From Porphyromonadaceae bacterium (GTDB lineage Bacteria; Bacteroidota; Bacteroidia; Bacteroidales; Dysgonomonadaceae): a stretch of DNA of 64,000 bases. The notes under the pieces are model-generated. The model was not told the origin of the DNA and searched no databases. It worked only from the letters and a program-made list of their open reading frames with translations. The stretch is taken from positions 22,998-86,997 of the forward strand of contig JAJFTO010000009.1 of NCBI GenBank assembly GCA_021372865.1. Reading direction: 5' to 3'. This document shows positions 51,105 through 61,775 of this stretch, piece by piece. A program made the translations under genes and the position numbers. The first letter of the stretch is position 1, and each line of letters opens with the position of its first letter.

Positions 51105-51884
51105 TTAGTTTGTCTCCTGAATAAACTCAAATGTAGATAATATATCGGCCTTCCCGTTCCGGATGGCAATGGTATGTTCAAAATGCGCCGATGGCTTGCG
51201 GTCTTTTGTACGTACCGTCCAGCCGTCGTTTTCAAACACTACTTTTTTTCCACCCATGTTGATCATCGGCTCAATGGCAATACACATGCCGTTCCGGATG
51301 AGCGGACCCGTGCCGCGTCGTCCATAATTGGGCACTTCCGGTGATTCGTGCATTTGCCTGCCTATACCATGTCCTACCAGCTCACGAACAACCGAAAATC
51401 CTTTCTGTTCACAATAGGTCTGAATGGTAGAACCGATGTCTCCGATTCGTTTGTCGGCCTGAGCCTGCTCAATACCTTTATACAACGACTCTTTGGTCAC
51501 GCGAAGCAGTTCTTTCACTTTTTCATCTACCTCACCCACGCAAAACGTGTAGGCCGAGTCGCCACAAAAACCCCGCAACTGGGTACCGCAATCCACCGAA
51601 ATCACATCTCCCTCATGCAGGGGCTTGTGGTTGGGAATGCCATGTACCACGTTCTCATTGACGGATGTACAAATGGAATTGGGAAAACCGCCGTATCCTA
51701 AAAAGGTTGGAATTGCACCATGATCCCTGATAAACTCCTCCGCGATCTTGTCGAGCTGCAGAGTGGTTACACCCGGCTTGATGTGATGCGACAACTCTCC
51801 GAGCGTCATTCCCACAAGCCGGTTTGCTTCCCGCATGAACTCGATCTCTTCGTCGGTCTTCAGTATGATCATCTTGCTATCCAT
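51105..51884 (-). CDS. map: Methionine aminopeptidase type I
   Basis: SVNENVVHGIP, GHGIG, IEPMIN, SAHFEHT; start 51884 or 51872. Confidence 0.96.
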   Translation of the reverse strand: MDSKMIILKTDEEIEFMREANRLVGMTLGELSHHIKPGVTTLQLDKIAEEFIRDHGAIPTFLGYGGFPNSICTSVNENVVHGIPNHKPLHEGDVISVDCGTQLRGFCGDSAYTFCVGEVDEKVKELLRVTKESLYKGIEQAQADKRIGDIGSTIQTYCEQKGFSVVRELVGHGIGRQMHESPEVPNYGRRGTGPLIRNGMCIAIEPMINMGGKKVVFENDGWTVRTKDRKPSAHFEHTIAIRNGKADILSTFEFIQETN

Positions 51885-51898
51885 TCCGTTTTCTACTA

Positions 51899-53221
51899 TT
51901 AATATGCTGCAATTGAGCCCGTTCTACCTTTGATTTTGGCACCCGACTTCAAAAATCCGTCATAATGGCGCATCAACAGGTGACTTTCAATCTGTTGCAG
52001 GGTATCGAGTACCACACCCACGAGAATCAGCAGCGATGTGCCACCAAAAAAATGGGCGAACTGGGAGTTAATTCCCATCAGCCCTGCGAAGGCGGGCAGT
52101 ATGGCAACAATAGCAAGGAACACAGAACCCGGCAGAGTAATGCGCGACATGATGGTGTCGATATACTCGGCTGTTTTCTTTCCCGGCTTCACACCCGGTA
52201 TAAATCCGTTGTTTCGCTTCAGGTCTTCCGCCATCTGCACCGGATTTACGGTAATGGCAGTATAGAAGTAAGTGAAAGCAATAATCAGGAGGCCAAAGAC
52301 GAAGTTATACGAGAAACTGGTAAAATCCATCAGCGATGTCCAGAATCCTCCTCCTTCACCGCCCGAAAAACGAGCGAGTGTGATCGGGATGAACATGATT
52401 GCCTGAGCAAAAATGATTGGCATCACGTTGGCAGCATTCACCTTCAAAGGTATATATTGTCTCACTCCTCCATATTGTTTATTGCCTACGATGCGTTTGG
52501 CATACTGCACGGGCACCTTGCGGATACCCTGTACCAGCAAGATAGCGGCAGCGGTGACGGCAACAAGAAACAACAACTCAAGCAACAGCAGAATCAATCC
52601 TCCGGGGGCATCTATAAGCCGGTCATATTCGGCCACCAGTGCATGGGGCAGACGGGCAATGATACCAATAAGGATGATAAACGAGATACCGTTTCCTACA
52701 CCCTTGTCAGTGATACGCTCACCCAACCAGAGCACGAACATACTACCGCCGGCAAGAATCACGGTCGATGGCAACACCCAGTCCCAGAAACCACCGGGAA
52801 TGGCATTTCCCACAGCACCGTAAAGGTAAGCCGGCCCTTGCAAAATCAGGATACCTACCGTAAGATAACGGGTGTACTGGTTAATCTTGGTACGACCGCT
52901 TTCACCCTCATGCTGCATTTTTTGAAATGCAGGAACGGCAATGCCCAACAGCTGCATCACAATGGAGGCAGAGATGTAAGGCATGATACCCAGGGCGAAG
53001 ATGGATGCGTTCGCGAAAGCACCGCCCGAGAACATGTCGAGCAGACTCAGCAAGCCGGTACTGGCATTTGACTGCAGCGCCACAAGCTGTTCCGGGTTGA
53101 TACCCGGCAATACCACGAACGATCCGAACCGGTAGATGGCAACAAATCCAATGGTGATGAGCAACCTCTGACGGAGGTCCTCAATCTTCCATATATTCTT
53201 TACTGTTTGTACAAATCCCAT
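51899..53221 (-). CDS. secY: Preprotein translocase SecY
   Basis: IFALGIMPYISASI, GFIPGVKPG, FGGTSLLI. Confidence 0.97.
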   Translation of the reverse strand: MGFVQTVKNIWKIEDLRQRLLITIGFVAIYRFGSFVVLPGINPEQLVALQSNASTGLLSLLDMFSGGAFANASIFALGIMPYISASIVMQLLGIAVPAFQKMQHEGESGRTKINQYTRYLTVGILILQGPAYLYGAVGNAIPGGFWDWVLPSTVILAGGSMFVLWLGERITDKGVGNGISFIILIGIIARLPHALVAEYDRLIDAPGGLILLLLELLFLVAVTAAAILLVQGIRKVPVQYAKRIVGNKQYGGVRQYIPLKVNAANVMPIIFAQAIMFIPITLARFSGGEGGGFWTSLMDFTSFSYNFVFGLLIIAFTYFYTAITVNPVQMAEDLKRNNGFIPGVKPGKKTAEYIDTIMSRITLPGSVFLAIVAILPAFAGLMGINSQFAHFFGGTSLLILVGVVLDTLQQIESHLLMRHYDGFLKSGAKIKGRTGSIAAY

Positions 53222-53225
53222 CGCA

Positions 53226-53672
53226 TCAGAGTTTTTTTGCGGTTCCACCTGCAGCGGTGATTGCCTGCTCAGCCGACTTGGAGAAAGCATGTGCTTCCAC
53301 TTCCAGCTTGGCTGTGAGGGTGCCCCTGCCCAGAATTTTCACCTGATGTTTGCTGGCCATAAGGCCTGCATTCATCAACACTTCAGGAGTTATGGCGGTG
53401 AGTTTCTGCCCGTCGGCCAATTCCTGCAGCGTTTCCAGATTAATTGCTTTGTACTCCACTCTTTTCAGTGGCTTGAAACCGAATTTGGGTACACGACGCT
53501 GCAACGGCATCTGTCCCCCTTCAAAACCGACTTTCTTTGAATAACCCGATCTTGATTTTTGTCCTTTATGTCCTTTGGTAGAAGTACCACCTTTGCCAGA
53601 TCCGGTTCCGCGACCAATGCGCTTGCTCGATGTGGTTGCCCCTTCCGCCGGTTTTAAATTCGATAAATCCAT
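53226..53672 (-). CDS. rplO: 50S ribosomal protein L15
   Basis: GRGTGSGKG, GFEGGQMPL. Confidence 0.98.
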   Translation of the reverse strand: MDLSNLKPAEGATTSSKRIGRGTGSGKGGTSTKGHKGQKSRSGYSKKVGFEGGQMPLQRRVPKFGFKPLKRVEYKAINLETLQELADGQKLTAITPEVLMNAGLMASKHQVKILGRGTLTAKLEVEAHAFSKSAEQAITAAGGTAKKL

Positions 53673-53704
53673 TGTATCTGTATTTTTTATCGTTTATAAA
53701 TCAA

Positions 53705-53881
53705 TTACTCTACTACCGTCACCAGATGATCTACCTTGCGGATCAGTCCCCTGATTGCAGGGGTGTCTTCGTGTTCCACCACACGTTGCATTTTGGTAAG
53801 TCCCAGTGCATCCAACGTCAGTCTCTGAACTTTCGGAGCGCCAATTCTGCTTTTTGTCTGTTTTACTTTAATTGTAGCCAT
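53705..53881 (-). CDS. rpmD: 50S ribosomal protein L30 (absent from the ORF track)
   Basis: MATIKVKQTKSRIGAPKVQRLTLDALGL... Confidence 0.95.
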   Translation of the reverse strand: MATIKVKQTKSRIGAPKVQRLTLDALGLTKMQRVVEHEDTPAIRGLIRKVDHLVTVVE

Positions 53882-53898
53882 GTCAGGTTCCTCCTTTG

Positions 53899-54417
53899 TT
53901 ATCCGTTAAACACTTTTTCCATACTTACCCCTCTGTTCTGTGCGACGGTGAGCGGGTCTCTCAATTCGGTGAGCGCGGCAATGGTTGCCTTCACCAGGTT
54001 GTGCGGGTTCGATGAACCTTTCGACTTGGCAAGCACGTCAGTGATACCCACACTCTCCAGTACGGCACGCATGGCACCTCCGGCCTTCACACCCGTACCG
54101 GCAAATGCAGGTTTCAGAAATACTTCCGCACCACCAAATCCAGCCACCTGTTCGTGGGGAATTGTTCCCTTATATACAGGCACCTTGATCAGATTCTTCT
54201 TGGCGGCTTCCACTCCTTTGGCAATCGCCGTGGTTACTTCACCAGCCTTGCCGAGACCCCAGCCAACGATGCCATCTTCGTTACCAACCACAACCATGGC
54301 TGCAAACGTGAAGGTACGGCCTCCCTTGGTCACCTTGGTGGTACGATTAATAGCCACTAAACGGTCCTTTAACTCGATATCGTTTGTTGTTTTTACCTTA
54401 TTATTCATTCCTGCCAT
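53899..54417 (-). CDS. rpsE: 30S ribosomal protein S5
   Basis: [15 protein letters not shown]. Confidence 0.98.
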   Translation of the reverse strand: MAGMNNKVKTTNDIELKDRLVAINRTTKVTKGGRTFTFAAMVVVGNEDGIVGWGLGKAGEVTTAIAKGVEAAKKNLIKVPVYKGTIPHEQVAGFGGAEVFLKPAFAGTGVKAGGAMRAVLESVGITDVLAKSKGSSNPHNLVKATIAALTELRDPLTVAQNRGVSMEKVFNG

Positions 54418-54422
54418 AATCG

Positions 54423-54767
54423 TTAAAATTTAAGTCCACCTTTGCGGGCGGCATCAGCCAATTCTTTAATACGTCCATGATACAAGTAGCCGCTCCTGTC
54501 GAAGGTTACTTTTTCCACACCGGCCTCTTTGGCATTCTGTGCAATGAGTTCGCCCACCTTGGCTGCGATCTCTTTCTTTGCGAGTTTCTCTTCCATTTTC
54601 AAGGAAGAAGCCGATGCCAGCGTCTTGCCGGACAGATCGTCGATGACCTGTGCATATATCTGTTTGTTGCTCCTGAATACTGACAAACGCGGACACTCGG
54701 GGGTACCGCTGATTTTGCCACGTACACGGGCTTTTATTTTTAATCTTCTCTCGTTCTTTGTTACCAT
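54423..54767 (-). CDS. rplR: 50S ribosomal protein L18
   Basis: [21 protein letters not shown]. Confidence 0.98.
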   Translation of the reverse strand: MVTKNERRLKIKARVRGKISGTPECPRLSVFRSNKQIYAQVIDDLSGKTLASASSLKMEEKLAKKEIAAKVGELIAQNAKEAGVEKVTFDRSGYLYHGRIKELADAARKGGLKF

Positions 54768-54788
54768 TGTAATTTCAGTTTTCGTAGA

Positions 54789-55343
54789 TTATTTACCTGC
54801 TGTCTTACCTGATTTTCTGCGCACCTGCTCACCCACGAAACGGATACCTTTACCTTTGTAAGGCTCCGGCTTACGGAACGAACGGATCTTGGCACATACC
54901 TGTCCGAGCAATTGCTTGTCACACGATTCAAGAAGGATGAGCGGATTCTTGTTTCTCTCCATCTTGGTCTCCACCTTGATCTCTTTGGGTAATTCCATAA
55001 AGATGCTGTGGGTATAACCAAGCGAAAGCTCCAGTACCTGTCCGCTGTTGGTCACACGATAACCAACACCCACAAGTTCCAGCTCTTTGCGGAAACCTTC
55101 CGATACGCCTGTAACCATGTTGTGTAATAAAGAACGGTAAAGACCGTGCAAAGCACGATTTTCCTTTTCGTCGTCGGGCCGTTCTACGATCAGATGACCA
55201 TTGTCCACTTTAACTTTCATATTGGGATTTACCTGCTGCTGCAGTTCACCCTTGGGCCCTTTCAGTGTAATCACATTGTCTTCGCCTACAGTCACGGCTA
55301 CGCCTGCGGGCAAGGTGATGGGTAATTTTCCTATTCTTGACAT
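54789..55343 (-). CDS. rplF: 50S ribosomal protein L6
   Basis: MSRIGK, PEPYKGKG. Confidence 0.98.
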   Translation of the reverse strand: MSRIGKLPITLPAGVAVTVGEDNVITLKGPKGELQQQVNPNMKVKVDNGHLIVERPDDEKENRALHGLYRSLLHNMVTGVSEGFRKELELVGVGYRVTNSGQVLELSLGYTHSIFMELPKEIKVETKMERNKNPLILLESCDKQLLGQVCAKIRSFRKPEPYKGKGIRFVGEQVRRKSGKTAGK

Positions 55344-55361
55344 ATTAATCTCTCCTTCAAA

Positions 55362-55757
55362 TTAATAAACGTAACACAATACTTCACCGCCCACTTTTTG
55401 TTCGCGGGCCTCTTTATCTGTCATTACTCCGTTTGAAGTAGATAATATGGCAATACCCAACCCGTTGAGTACGCGAGGCATTTCCTTGTGGCCGACGTAC
55501 TGACGCAAGCCGGGGGTAGAAACACGTTTCAGTTTTTTGATGGCATTCACCTTGTTCACCGGATCATACTTCAGTGCGATCATGATGGTGCCCTGGGGGC
55601 CGTCCTCTACAAACTTGTAATTAAGGATGTAGCCTTTCTCAAAAAGAATCTTTGTGATGTCTTTTTTTAAATTCGATGCGGGAATCTCCACCACACGATG
55701 CTTCGCCTGGATAGCGTTCCGTAACCGCGTCAAATAATCTGCTATTGGATCTGTCAT
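55362..55757 (-). CDS. rpsH: 30S ribosomal protein S8
   Basis: [22 protein letters not shown]. Confidence 0.98.
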   Translation of the reverse strand: MTDPIADYLTRLRNAIQAKHRVVEIPASNLKKDITKILFEKGYILNYKFVEDGPQGTIMIALKYDPVNKVNAIKKLKRVSTPGLRQYVGHKEMPRVLNGLGIAILSTSNGVMTDKEAREQKVGGEVLCYVY

Positions 55758-55810
55758 ATAATGATTGTTTAAATTGATCCCGACTGCCGGGACAATATTT
55801 ATTAATTTTT

Positions 55811-55997
55811 TAGCTTTCAGGTGTCGGCGTTCAGCGATCAGCTTTTTTAGCGGTCAGCTCTTCAGGAACAAACTCTGGACTTTCATCGGTCTATGGGTAA
55901 ACGTTCAATATTCATCTTGAACCGTATACTTGAACAACCTTCCACTCCCAAAGCTGACAGCTGATAGCTGATACCACAACTGATTCCTGATTCCTTT
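55811..55997. repeat. Core+heptamer repeat after rpsN with an inverted heptamer arm
   Basis: Left arm (CAGCnnT)n at 55811-55866; core and (AGCTGAY)n/(CTGATTC)n at 55923-55994. Confidence 0.8.
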
Positions 55998-56267
55998 TTA
56001 CCAGCTCGCCTTCTTCACCCCTGGGATCAGCCCCTTCGATGCCATTTCACGGAACTGGATACGGGATAGGCCAAACTGGCGTAAATATCCCTTGGGACGT
56101 CCGGTAAGTTTGCAACGGTTGTGCTGACGCACCGGTGAAGCGTTCCTGGGAATAGACTGAAGTGCTTCGTAATCGCCTTCGGCCAGAAATTTGGCTCTCT
56201 TTTCGGCGTAACGGGCAATCATCTTGGCTCTTTTCACCTCGCGGGCTTTCATTGATTCTTTTGCCAT
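55998..56267 (-). CDS. rpsN: 30S ribosomal protein S14 (89 aa, no zinc ribbon)
   Basis: [20 protein letters not shown]. Confidence 0.98.
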   Translation of the reverse strand: MAKESMKAREVKRAKMIARYAEKRAKFLAEGDYEALQSIPRNASPVRQHNRCKLTGRPKGYLRQFGLSRIQFREMASKGLIPGVKKASW

Positions 56268-56308
56268 TATCTATCTGTTTTTTTGATCATTTTTCTGGTT
56301 ATCGCTCA

Positions 56309-56869
56309 CTAATTATCTTTCTTAAACGGTAATCCGAACTCTCTCAGGAGCGCGTAACCCTCTTCATCGGTAGGAGCTGTGGTCACAAAGGTGATGTTCA
56401 TCCCCAGCAGATGGCTGATGTTGTCGATGTTGATCTCGGGAAAGATGATCTGCTCCTGGATACCCAGTGTGTAGTTCCCCCTGCCGTCGAGCTTGCTGTC
56501 AATACCTTTGAAGTCACGGATACGGGGCAATGCCACGCGTACCAGCCTTTCCAGGAATTCATACATTTTGTCGTGTCTCAGTGTCACACGTACGCCAATC
56601 GGCATTTTCTTACGCAGCTTGAAGTTGGAAATGTCCTTGCGTGAGGTGGTAGCCACGGCCTTCTGGCCTGTGATGGCTGTCAACTCATTGATCGCTGTCT
56701 CAATGATCTTCTTGTCACCTACGGCAATACCGAGGCCCTGGTTGATCACAATCTTCTCCAAACGGGGCACCTGCATCACCGATTTGTAGCTGAATTCCTT
56801 CATCAAAGCAGGAACCACTCGCTCTTTGTAATCTTTCTTTAAACTTACTTCGTATGTTGCAGTACTCAT
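56309..56869 (-). CDS. rplE: 50S ribosomal protein L5
   Basis: [21 protein letters not shown]. Confidence 0.98.
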   Translation of the reverse strand: MSTATYEVSLKKDYKERVVPALMKEFSYKSVMQVPRLEKIVINQGLGIAVGDKKIIETAINELTAITGQKAVATTSRKDISNFKLRKKMPIGVRVTLRHDKMYEFLERLVRVALPRIRDFKGIDSKLDGRGNYTLGIQEQIIFPEINIDNISHLLGMNITFVTTAPTDEEGYALLREFGLPFKKDN

Positions 56870-57186
56870 TTAATTACCTCCCCTGATTTTTTTGCGTAAC
56901 GCACTGATTTACCTTTATTGTCTTCCTTTCTGCCAACGCGAGTGGGTTTTCCCGTTTTAGGATCCACAGGATTCAGCTTGGAGAGATGCACAGAAGCCTC
57001 TTTCTTCTCGATGCCGCCATTTGGATTCTTGGCGTTGGGTTTGGTATGTTTCGATATAATGTTCACGCCTTCCACCACTGCACGGTTCTTGTCTACGAGA
57101 ACCTCCAGTACGCGGCCCGTCTTTCCCTTGTCTTCGCCGGAATTTACGTAAACCGTATCACCTTTCTTTATATGTAATTTTGTCAT
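56866..57186 (-). CDS. rplX: 50S ribosomal protein L24
   Basis: [16 protein letters not shown]. Confidence 0.97.
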   Translation of the reverse strand: MTKLHIKKGDTVYVNSGEDKGKTGRVLEVLVDKNRAVVEGVNIISKHTKPNAKNPNGGIEKKEASVHLSKLNPVDPKTGKPTRVGRKEDNKGKSVRYAKKSGEVIK

Positions 57187-57205
57187 AGCCTGTGATTGTT
57201 GAATA

Positions 57206-57571
57206 TTATAAAACTTCCGGTGCCAAAGAAACAATCTTCATGTTCGTGGTGCGCAACTCGCGCGCAACCGGCCCAAAGATACGGCTTCCTCTCAACTCGC
57301 CGGCATTATTTAACAGTACGCAGGCATTGTCGTCGAAACGTATGTATGAACCGTCGGCTCTGCGAATCTCTTTTTTCGTACGTACGATAATTGCTTTTGA
57401 TACAGACCCTTTCTTAATATCACTCGAGGGAATGGCGCTCTTTACAGAAACCACAATGATGTCTCCTACAGAAGCGTAACGTCTTCCCGTACCTCCCAAA
57501 ACACGGATGCAAAGTACTTCCTTGGCACCGCTGTTGTCGGTAACTGTTAATCTTGATTCTTGCTGTATCAT
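57206..57571 (-). CDS. rplN: 50S ribosomal protein L14
   Basis: [21 protein letters not shown]. Confidence 0.98.
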   Translation of the reverse strand: MIQQESRLTVTDNSGAKEVLCIRVLGGTGRRYASVGDIIVVSVKSAIPSSDIKKGSVSKAIIVRTKKEIRRADGSYIRFDDNACVLLNNAGELRGSRIFGPVARELRTTNMKIVSLAPEVL

Positions 57572-57572
57572 C

Positions 57573-57830
57573 TTACTTGGCCCTTTCAATTACTTCAATC
57601 ACTCTCCATCTCTTCGACTTGCTCAAAGGACGTGTTTCCATTATACGCACCGTGTCACCAATATGACAGTCGTTCTGCTCATCATGGGCGTGAAATTTCT
57701 TCGTTTTACTAACGAACTTCCCATATATAGGGTGTTTCTCTTTCCATTTTACAGCAACGGTGACGGTCTTGTCCATCTTGTCACTGAAAACGACCCCGAT
57801 TCTTTCTTTCCTTAAATTTCTCGTTTCCAT
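57573..57830 (-). CDS. rpsQ: 30S ribosomal protein S17
   Basis: KMDKTV, HPIYGK, ETRPLSK. Confidence 0.98.
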   Translation of the reverse strand: METRNLRKERIGVVFSDKMDKTVTVAVKWKEKHPIYGKFVSKTKKFHAHDEQNDCHIGDTVRIMETRPLSKSKRWRVIEVIERAK

Positions 57831-57838
57831 TCTCCTGG

Positions 57839-58042
57839 TTATTGTTGTTTTTTCAACTCTCTGGCACGCAATTCGGTTTGAATGCGGGCTATGTTTCTAC
57901 GCTTTTCTTTTAATGAGCCTGAGTTATCGAGCGGAGTGATGGTGTGGTTGATCCGCAACTGGGTCAACGCAACCACTTCGGCATCCAGTCTCTCTTTCAG
58001 ATCCTTGTCTGACAGCTCTAGTAATTCTTCCTGCTTCTTCAT
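57839..58042 (-). CDS. rpmC: 50S ribosomal protein L29
   Basis: Operon position; RRNIARIQT. Confidence 0.93.
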   Translation of the reverse strand: MKKQEELLELSDKDLKERLDAEVVALTQLRINHTITPLDNSGSLKEKRRNIARIQTELRARELKKQQ

Positions 58043-58048
58043 CTCTCT

Positions 58049-58480
58049 TTACGATTTTTGCTCATAATCATAATCCGTCCGGACCACAAACTTGGTGGTC
58101 ACCGGCAATTTCTGGGCTGCCAAACGCAGCGCTTCTTTTGCCACATCAAACGAAACACCTTCTATCTCAAAAATAATTCTTCCGGGGGTAACAGGTGCCA
58201 CGAATCCTTCGGGGTTACCTTTTCCTTTACCCATACGCACTTCGGCCGGCTTCTTGGTGATAGGCTTATCGGGGAAAATACGTACCCAAACCTGTCCCTG
58301 ACGTTGCATGTAACGCGTTACAGCGATACGGGCAGCTTCAATCTGACGTCCGGTAATCCACTTAGATTGCAATGATTTGATCCCAAAAGAACCGAATGCC
58401 AGCTCGTGACCACGTCCGGCATTGCCTTTCATGCGCCCTTTCTGCTGTCTTCTGAATTTTGTTTTCTTTGGTTGTAACAT
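58049..58480 (-). CDS. rplP: 50S ribosomal protein L16
   Basis: [17 protein letters not shown]. Confidence 0.98.
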   Translation of the reverse strand: MLQPKKTKFRRQQKGRMKGNAGRGHELAFGSFGIKSLQSKWITGRQIEAARIAVTRYMQRQGQVWVRIFPDKPITKKPAEVRMGKGKGNPEGFVAPVTPGRIIFEIEGVSFDVAKEALRLAAQKLPVTTKFVVRTDYDYEQKS

Positions 58481-58491
58481 ATTTTCTTCAA

Positions 58492-59259
58492 TTAAGCGTT
58501 TTTATTGTTTCTTCTGTTGCGTCTGCCACCGCGACCGCCTCCATCGGGACGGTTACCACCGCCGCGGTTGTTGCCGCCGCTGTTGTGTTGACGATTGTCT
58601 TTCGACGTGGCGAATGAAGGCGCCAGGTCTTTCTTGCCATAAATTTCACCGCGACAGATCCATACCTTTACGCCAATGAGACCTACTTTTGTCAGTGCCT
58701 CGGCATGGGCATAGTCGATGTCGGCACGGAAAGTATGCAGCGGGGTTCTCCCCTCCTTGTACATTTCCGAACGGGCCATTTCTGCGCCGTTCAACCGTCC
58801 CGATACCTGAATCTTGATACCCTCTGCACCCATTCTCATGGTGGCAGCGATGGCCATCTTCACGGCGCGGCGGTAAGCAATTTTCCCTTCAATCTGGCGA
58901 GCCACATTGTTGGCCACTATCACAGCATCCAGCTCAGGCTTCTTGATTTCAAATATGTTGATCTGTATATCTTTGTCGGTGATCTTCATCAATTCTTCCT
59001 TGAGCTTGTCCACCTCCTGGCCACCTTTACCGATGATAATACCGGGGCGGGCTGTGCAAATGGTGATGGTCACCAGCTTTAAAGTTCTCTCAATGACGAT
59101 GCGCGATACACTTGCTTTTGACAGACGGGCATTCAAATAGCTACGAATCTTGCTGTCTTCGAGCAAGGTGTCACCATAATTATTTCCGCCGTACCAGTTG
59201 GAGTCCCATCCCTTGATGATTCCCAAACGATTTGCTATCGGATTTACTTTTTGTCCCAT
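58492..59259 (-). CDS. rpsC: 30S ribosomal protein S3
   Basis: [27 protein letters not shown]. Confidence 0.98.
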   Translation of the reverse strand: MGQKVNPIANRLGIIKGWDSNWYGGNNYGDTLLEDSKIRSYLNARLSKASVSRIVIERTLKLVTITICTARPGIIIGKGGQEVDKLKEELMKITDKDIQINIFEIKKPELDAVIVANNVARQIEGKIAYRRAVKMAIAATMRMGAEGIKIQVSGRLNGAEMARSEMYKEGRTPLHTFRADIDYAHAEALTKVGLIGVKVWICRGEIYGKKDLAPSFATSKDNRQHNSGGNNRGGGNRPDGGGRGGRRNRRNNKNA

Positions 59260-59263
59260 CTTC

Positions 59264-59677
59264 TTAATTTTGTACTTGTTCTTCTTTCTTCAATGTATCT
59301 ACCACAATGGTCACATGATTTGAACGTTTGCGTATCCTGTATCCACGACCCTGTGGGGCAGGACGGAGTCGTTTCAGCGAAGCTCCTTCGTCCACGGAAA
59401 TCGTCTTGATATATAATTCGCCCGTTTCGGCTTTGCGTTCATTCTTCTGCTCCCAGTTGGCAATGGCGGAAAGCAATAATTTCTCAATCTTGCCCGACGC
59501 ATCTTTGTTCGAGAACTTCAAAACGCCCAGTGCCCTGAACACTTCCATGCCCCGTACCATGTCGGCAACGTAACGCATCTTGCGCGGTGAGCTGGGAACA
59601 TTCTTCAACACGGCGAAAGAAACCTCTTTGCGGTTTTCTTTTCTCTGTTCGGCTGATATTCTTTTTCTAGCACTCAT
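59264..59677 (-). CDS. rplV: 50S ribosomal protein L22
   Basis: SPRKMR, LLSAIAN, RPAPQGR. Confidence 0.97.
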   Translation of the reverse strand: MSARKRISAEQRKENRKEVSFAVLKNVPSSPRKMRYVADMVRGMEVFRALGVLKFSNKDASGKIEKLLLSAIANWEQKNERKAETGELYIKTISVDEGASLKRLRPAPQGRGYRIRKRSNHVTIVVDTLKKEEQVQN

Positions 59678-59715
59678 GTCTTTACTTTTTTTCTTTATTC
59701 GTTAGCGCCCTGATC

Positions 59716-59985
59716 TTATTTCTTTCTGTTGCCTGCGTGTCCGCGGAATGTGCGGGTAACAGCGAATTCGCCCAGCTTGTGGCCAACCATGTTCTCTGTG
59801 ACGTAGACCGGAATGAATTTGTTCCCGTTGTGCACAGCAATGGTATGTCCCACAAAATCGGGTGATATCATAGAAGCGCGTGCCCATGTCTTGATCACGG
59901 ATTTCTTTCCGCTCTCATTCATGGTAATCACCTTCTTTTCCAATTTCAGGTTGATATAGGGGCCCTTTTTTAATGATCTGCTCAT
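59716..59985 (-). CDS. rpsS: 30S ribosomal protein S19
   Basis: [16 protein letters not shown]. Confidence 0.98.
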   Translation of the reverse strand: MSRSLKKGPYINLKLEKKVITMNESGKKSVIKTWARASMISPDFVGHTIAVHNGNKFIPVYVTENMVGHKLGEFAVTRTFRGHAGNRKK

Positions 59986-60006
59986 AGTGATGTTTAATTA
60001 ATCAGA

Positions 60007-60834
60007 TTACTTCTTTTTTCTTCTCTCTACAATGTATTTCGAAGAATGTTTTTTAGGAGCTCTTGTCTTCAAGCCCTTTGAATATAAGCCTTTCGGTGAA
60101 CGTGGATGACCTCCTGAGGCACGTCCTTCACCACCACCCATGGGGTGATCCACCGGGTTCTTAACAACCCCGCGGTTATGAGGACGGCGTCCGAGCCAAC
60201 GTGAACGACCGGCTTTACCTGATTTTTCCAGAGCATGATCCGAATTACCCACACTACCAATGGTCGCTTTACAAGCAGACAGGATCTTGCGTACTTCGCC
60301 GGAAGGCATCTTGATGATCGCGTAGTTGTCTTCACGCGATACCAGCTGCGCAAATGTTCCGGCAGAACGAGCCATCTTGGCACCTTGTCCGGGACGCAAT
60401 TCAATATTGTGAACCACCGTACCGATAGGAATTGCCGAAAGAGGCAGCGCATTACCAACTTCAGGAGCCGCAGTCGGCCCCGACATCACTGAGGTTCCCA
60501 CCTCTAAGCCATTGGGAGCCAGAATATAAGTTTTCTCACCATCGGCATAATACAGCAACGCAATGCGTGCCGAACGGTTGGGATCATACTCTATGCTTTT
60601 TACAACGGCTGGGATACCATCTTTCGTTCTCTTGAAGTCGATCAGCCTGAAACGTCTTTTGTGTCCGCCACCAATATATCCCATGGTCATCTTACCCTGG
60701 TTGTTGCGGCCACCCGACGAGCTCTTGCCAACTACAAGAGATTTCTCCGGTGCACTTGCAGTGATATTTTCAAATGAACCGATAATCTTGTGTCTTTGCC
60801 CCGGTGTTGAGGGCTTTAATTTACGTATTGCCAT
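60007..60834 (-). CDS. rplB: 50S ribosomal protein L2
   Basis: [18 protein letters not shown]. Confidence 0.98.
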   Translation of the reverse strand: MAIRKLKPSTPGQRHKIIGSFENITASAPEKSLVVGKSSSGGRNNQGKMTMGYIGGGHKRRFRLIDFKRTKDGIPAVVKSIEYDPNRSARIALLYYADGEKTYILAPNGLEVGTSVMSGPTAAPEVGNALPLSAIPIGTVVHNIELRPGQGAKMARSAGTFAQLVSREDNYAIIKMPSGEVRKILSACKATIGSVGNSDHALEKSGKAGRSRWLGRRPHNRGVVKNPVDHPMGGGEGRASGGHPRSPKGLYSKGLKTRAPKKHSSKYIVERRKKK

Positions 60835-60839
60835 TTCTT

Positions 60840-61133
60840 TTAAATATTGCTGAATAGATCGATGGTTTCACCTTTCTTCAAGGTGATGATTGCTTTCTTG
60901 TACGCCGGCGTACTGCCCTTTACCACACCCGACTTGGTGTAGCGGCTACGCTTCCTGCCATCGTACTGCATCGTGTTCACACTTTCCACATGTACGTTGT
61001 AGAGTGCTTCTACATCGTTTTTGATCTCAACCTTGTTTGCAGTAGGTAACACAATGAAACCATAACAGTTCTCACGCTTGTCGGTGAGGGCCGTTTGCTT
61101 TTCTGTGAATATGGGTTTAATTATTACACTCAT
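60840..61133 (-). CDS. rplW: 50S ribosomal protein L23
   Basis: [22 protein letters not shown]. Confidence 0.97.
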   Translation of the reverse strand: MSVIIKPIFTEKQTALTDKRENCYGFIVLPTANKVEIKNDVEALYNVHVESVNTMQYDGRKRSRYTKSGVVKGSTPAYKKAIITLKKGETIDLFSNI

Positions 61134-61144
61134 TTTCTATCTCC

Positions 61145-61774
61145 TTATGCTTTAAACAGGTTATCGATCACAGCAACTGATGATTCGGTGATCACCAGAT
61201 TACCACAATTCATGATTCCGTATGTGTTTATATCTGAAGCAGTTGTAACACTTACTTTTCCCAAATTCCGGGCCGACAAATATACGTTTTTATTTTGACC
61301 TGGCAATACGAAAAGTAGCTTTTTATCAGTCAGTTGCAGTTTTTTTGCCAACTCAACAATCAGCTTTGTTTTCGGACTCTCAAAATTGAGATCCTCCACC
61401 ACAATGATCGCATTTTCCTTTGCTTTCAGTGAGAGGGCCGATTTGCGTGCCAACGCTTTCACTTTCTTGTTCAGCTTGAAGCTGTAATCTCTCGGTTTCG
61501 GGCCAAATGCACGGGCTCCACCCACCAGCACGGGCGAGTTGATGTCACCGCGACGTGCGCCGCCGCCACCTTTCTGACGGATCAGCTTACGTGTACTCCC
61601 TGAAATTTCGCTTCTTTCTTTCGATTTGTGCGTACCCTGACGCTGATTGGCAAGATATTGCTTCACATCCAGCCAGATAACGTGATCGTTAGGTTCAATC
61701 CCGAAAATGGAATCATCGAGTGTCACCTTCTTGTCCGTTACCTCTCCTTTGATATTGTAAACGTTTAATTCCAT
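61145..61774 (-). CDS. rplD: 50S ribosomal protein L4
   Basis: [23 protein letters not shown]. Confidence 0.98.
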   Translation of the reverse strand: MELNVYNIKGEVTDKKVTLDDSIFGIEPNDHVIWLDVKQYLANQRQGTHKSKERSEISGSTRKLIRQKGGGGARRGDINSPVLVGGARAFGPKPRDYSFKLNKKVKALARKSALSLKAKENAIIVVEDLNFESPKTKLIVELAKKLQLTDKKLLFVLPGQNKNVYLSARNLGKVSVTTASDINTYGIMNCGNLVITESSVAVIDNLFKA

Positions 61775-61775
61775 T

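Noticed and set aside
51965-53071. 368-aa plus-strand ORF
   Set aside because: Antisense shadow of secY.
50578-56267. Zinc-ribbon-less L36 and S14 as a zinc-starvation system
   Set aside because: They are the main operon copies, and such forms are usual in Bacteroidetes.
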